Of a DNA stretch of 64,000 bases, positions 61,110-64,000 are shown piece after piece. Each line of letters begins with the position of its first letter. Positions within the stretch are counted from its first letter, which is position 1. This DNA comes from an uncultured Acidimicrobiia bacterium (lineage in GTDB: Bacteria; Acidobacteriota; Terriglobia; Versatilivoradales; Versatilivoraceae), in the NCBI GenBank assembly GCA_963786955.1, contig CAWBAT010000006.1, positions 736,001-800,000 on the forward strand. The letters are read 5' to 3'. The translations under genes were made by a program, and so were the position numbers. The notes under the pieces are model-generated. The model was not told where the DNA came from, searched no databases, and was given only the letters and a program-made list of their open reading frames with translations.

Positions 61110-63309
61110 TCACTTCATTAACAGTTTTAACAATCCGCCGGAAACATGAATCGCCGTCATGGCGTATGCGACTCGAGGCAAGTCTGCTCCTTTAGGATAA
61201 ACCAGATAGCGGCCTTCCCAACGAGGAGCGAATTTTTTCTTGAATTGGAAGAGGTTCTTATACCCGTAGAATGCATTCAAGTTTTCAAAAAGAAGCTCAA
61301 CACCACGCTCCAAGGTATCTGTAGGCCCTATCACATTGGCAAGAGGGGCATTGGCTAAGCTTGCCTCCGTACGACCCGAAGCCTTGAGCAGGAGCAGCGA
61401 ATGGGCCAGGAGAAAATCCATCGTCCCCGCAGCTGCGGTCTTACGCTTCCTCATAATATCCAATACTACCGCCTCTCCTCGACGGTAGGGCAACCAGGTA
61501 CAGAAGGCATCAATTTTCTCATTTTGCCCACAGATAAAGACCTGAAGCTCATTCAGCGCCTCGAGCGAGAAGCGCCCCAAGGTGAAACTCATTTCACCCA
61601 ATTTTTTTTCTCTCAGCCATTCCTGAGAAATATCTTCCAGCTGTTCGTCGAGCACAGCATCCGCATGGCACTTCCGCTCATACAGTCGAACCTCTGCTCC
61701 GGTTTTCGCTACTTTATTGACATGGGCTCGCAAATTTGCCCGCGCCCCGCCAGCCAAGCTAAATCCAGGAAGATCAATTAATGCCTCTTCGGCAATTTTC
61801 AATGATCGAAGTCCCACAGAATGATAGGCGGCGAGTCTGGATTCTGCAGCCTCATAAATGCAGGGGGTCCAGCCGTTCTTCCGGCAATATGTGAGAAATT
61901 CTTCAACGGCGCGGACAAATTCAACTTGCGGAGCCATTGGATCTCCACAAGCGATTGCAACTCCTTTTTGAGTCGCGTATGCCACCATCGCACTTCCACC
62001 GGCAATCAAAAGATGATTCTTGTCTGTCTGAATGGCAAAGGCAGAAAGAGATTGAACACCGTTCTGATCGAATATCTGTCGAATCTTATCCGGGGGGGCT
62101 TCCTGCCGATTACGCAGGATCACTGGCCGGAGCAGCATCACCAACAAATAAAAACGCGCAATCCAACCAGTGATTTCGAGAGAATTAAGGAATAGCAAGG
62201 CATGGGGAGTCTTGGGTATGAGCTTAAGTCCAGCGATGAGGATGCCGGCATCGAATGCTTGGTTCAGGGGGGTGGCGCCAGGAAGCCATTCAAACTTTTG
62301 ATAAAGATGCTGCAATCCTATGAACCCATACAAAAGCACAACCAGAGTCAGTAGGGGAAGCAGCAGCAGTGCTCTTCTCGCTGACACGGGGTCACTTCGT
62401 GCATAGAAGCGCCGTCTAAAATAAATCAAATAGCTTAACAACAAACCTGCGACGAGGGAATTGTGCAGATTCAATCCGCGGGTAATATGGAGCAAAAAGG
62501 ACACCGAAAGAGAGATGGTCGCCACATACCAGGCCAGCTCTTTCTCCTGGCCAGATTCCGTGTCACCTGCAGAAGAGCGACCCCTGCGAAAAGCATGAGC
62601 GGTCGGCTGTGCTGAGTGACTTCCAGGGGAAGCCAGCTCTCGACTGCTGCCATAGAATGCTGAGAGCGAGGCCAGATGGCTGAGACCAGATTGAGAAGTC
62701 CCATCACCCCCATTGCAAAAGGAGCCAGCAAGTGCAGATCGGCAGCTCGAAGATCCTCAACCCACTCCGCTCGCTTCAAGTGACGAATGAGCAGAACCGA
62801 TAGGGCTCCGATCAGGAACGTGAAAACGATCCAGAGCTCGTAGCGGTATGCCTCTGCAAGCAAGAGCTCTGCAGCGTGTCCGAAATAGAAGCCCAAGAGG
62901 GCTGTGGGGACTGCCCAGATTATGCTGGCGAGCAAGTTAATCAGGCAGAACTGAACTGGCGCCATGCCCAAGGCGCCGCAAGCGGCAGGAATGATGATCC
63001 TGAACCCAAAGGCGAAACGACTGGCCAGGAGGAGCCAATACGCATACCGCGACATCAGGCTCAGACAACGGTGATAGTGCGGGTTCTGCTGGAAGCGACG
63101 ATCCAGCCACTTTCGACCGCGAACTCGAGCAATCGCAAAATAAATCTGGTCCGCCGCGGAGTTGGAGAGGACTGCTGTCAGAATGACCAGCCCGAGGCGG
63201 AATACCCCCGATGCGCCAAGTAGGAACCGGCAAGCAGAAAGGCTTCTCCCTCGATGGCAACGCCGAAGAAGAGAATCAGGTAACCATACTTTAACAGGAG
63301 AAATTCCAT
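61110..63309 (-). CDS. DedA/VTT - aminoacyl-phosphatidylglycerol synthase (MprF C-terminal/DUF2156) fusion; frameshifts near 63200 and 62540
   Basis: N-term YGYLILFFGVAIEGE..LLAG.YLAHRG, DQIYF, SRFAFGFR...P.ACG (DedA); then TM block and AIACGDP, KIAEEA.IDL.GFSL.G, EMSFTLG, LDIMRK, GTMDFL, SLANAP, FYGYKNLFQFKKKFAPRWE.RYL. Confidence 0.85.
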
Positions 63310-63355
63310 AGGCTTGGACGAATCGAGATGATGCGCTCGCGCAGATCTGTAAGTT

Positions 63356-64000
63356 CTAATCAACCAAGAACGCTAGCACCGTTTGATCGTCCCTCCAATC
63401 ATTCACGCCAATGGGTCCAACCCCTATTCACCAATTTTAATATGATTCACAAATCCCCTGTGGATTTTGATCCTGAGACTTTCTTAGGATTGCTCCTCGC
63501 AGGAATTCTGGCAAGGAATCGGCTTCTATCGGGAGAACTTCACCGATCCCGTCGGTAAAGAGGACACCCAGAGCCCCGCCTTCGAAAGACAATGTGCATT
63601 TTTGATAATCGCTGTTTGGGAACATACCGGGCAGGGGTGCCGCCGCGATCGAGAAGATGATCGCCGTCGTGGCTAAAGACAATTCCAGGGGGGTGACCGG
63701 CATTGACATAGGTCAATGATTTTTCTCGAGAATTAATGACCCCTAGGGTACAAGTCAGATAAACAACCCCCTGATGTTCGGCATAGAAGGCTGAGGAGAT
63801 CTTGCCTAATAGATCTGAAGGATCGTGGGTCTCTCTCGAAACATTCGGAAAAGGGTTCGTATCGAAGTCAGCGTTAACGCTGCCGGTATGCCTTTGCCTG
63901 AGATGTCTGCGTCAGCACGAGATAGGTGTTCGGATCGAGCGATATGAAGTCATAGAAATCTCCCCCAATCTTTCCGGCGGGTTTGAGGACTGCTCCCCAG
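63356..64000 (-). CDS. PP2C/SpoIIE (RsbU-like) phosphatase, 3' part, frameshifted
   Basis: Hand-read GGDFYDF, ADISGKGIPAAL, YVNAGHPP, FTDGI.E, DDQTVL. Confidence 0.85.

Overview
A 64-kb bacterial chromosomal window, about 50-55% GC by eye, most consistent with an Acidobacteriota genome (two acidobacterial-type VWA genes, bshC, kdsB-pyrG-kdsA, argR-led arg operon). Housekeeping content: end of the atp operon leader (atpZ/atpI), a stand-alone nuoL-nuoM pair, panBC, argR-C-B-D-F-G-H-J with ARG boxes, meaB-mce-mtnP-pfkB-dapF, hemW, polX, mscL, an acyl-CoA synthetase and UPF0182. At least 14 genes, many of them core, carry small frameshifts that are best read as long-read assembly errors. Most interesting: (1) a DedA/VTT domain fused to an MprF-type aminoacyl-phosphatidylglycerol synthase, followed by two AcvB/VirJ-like hydrolases; (2) a sigma-54 circuit (HK, NtrC-type regulator, enhancer-like repeats, -24/-12 promoter) upstream of a tiny Lys-rich secreted protein; (3) a His-less, ATPase-less pseudo-histidine kinase; (4) many small selfish elements: a RAYT with cognate REPINs, a decayed DUF559 gene framed by CCCCTCACC hairpins, MITE shells carrying REP hairpins, and a four-helix-bundle gene framed by inverted heptamer arrays; (5) a DoxX / BNR-propeller / ubiquitin-like MoaD cluster. 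No rRNA, tRNA or CRISPR array was seen. All family calls come from motif recognition by eye, not database searches.
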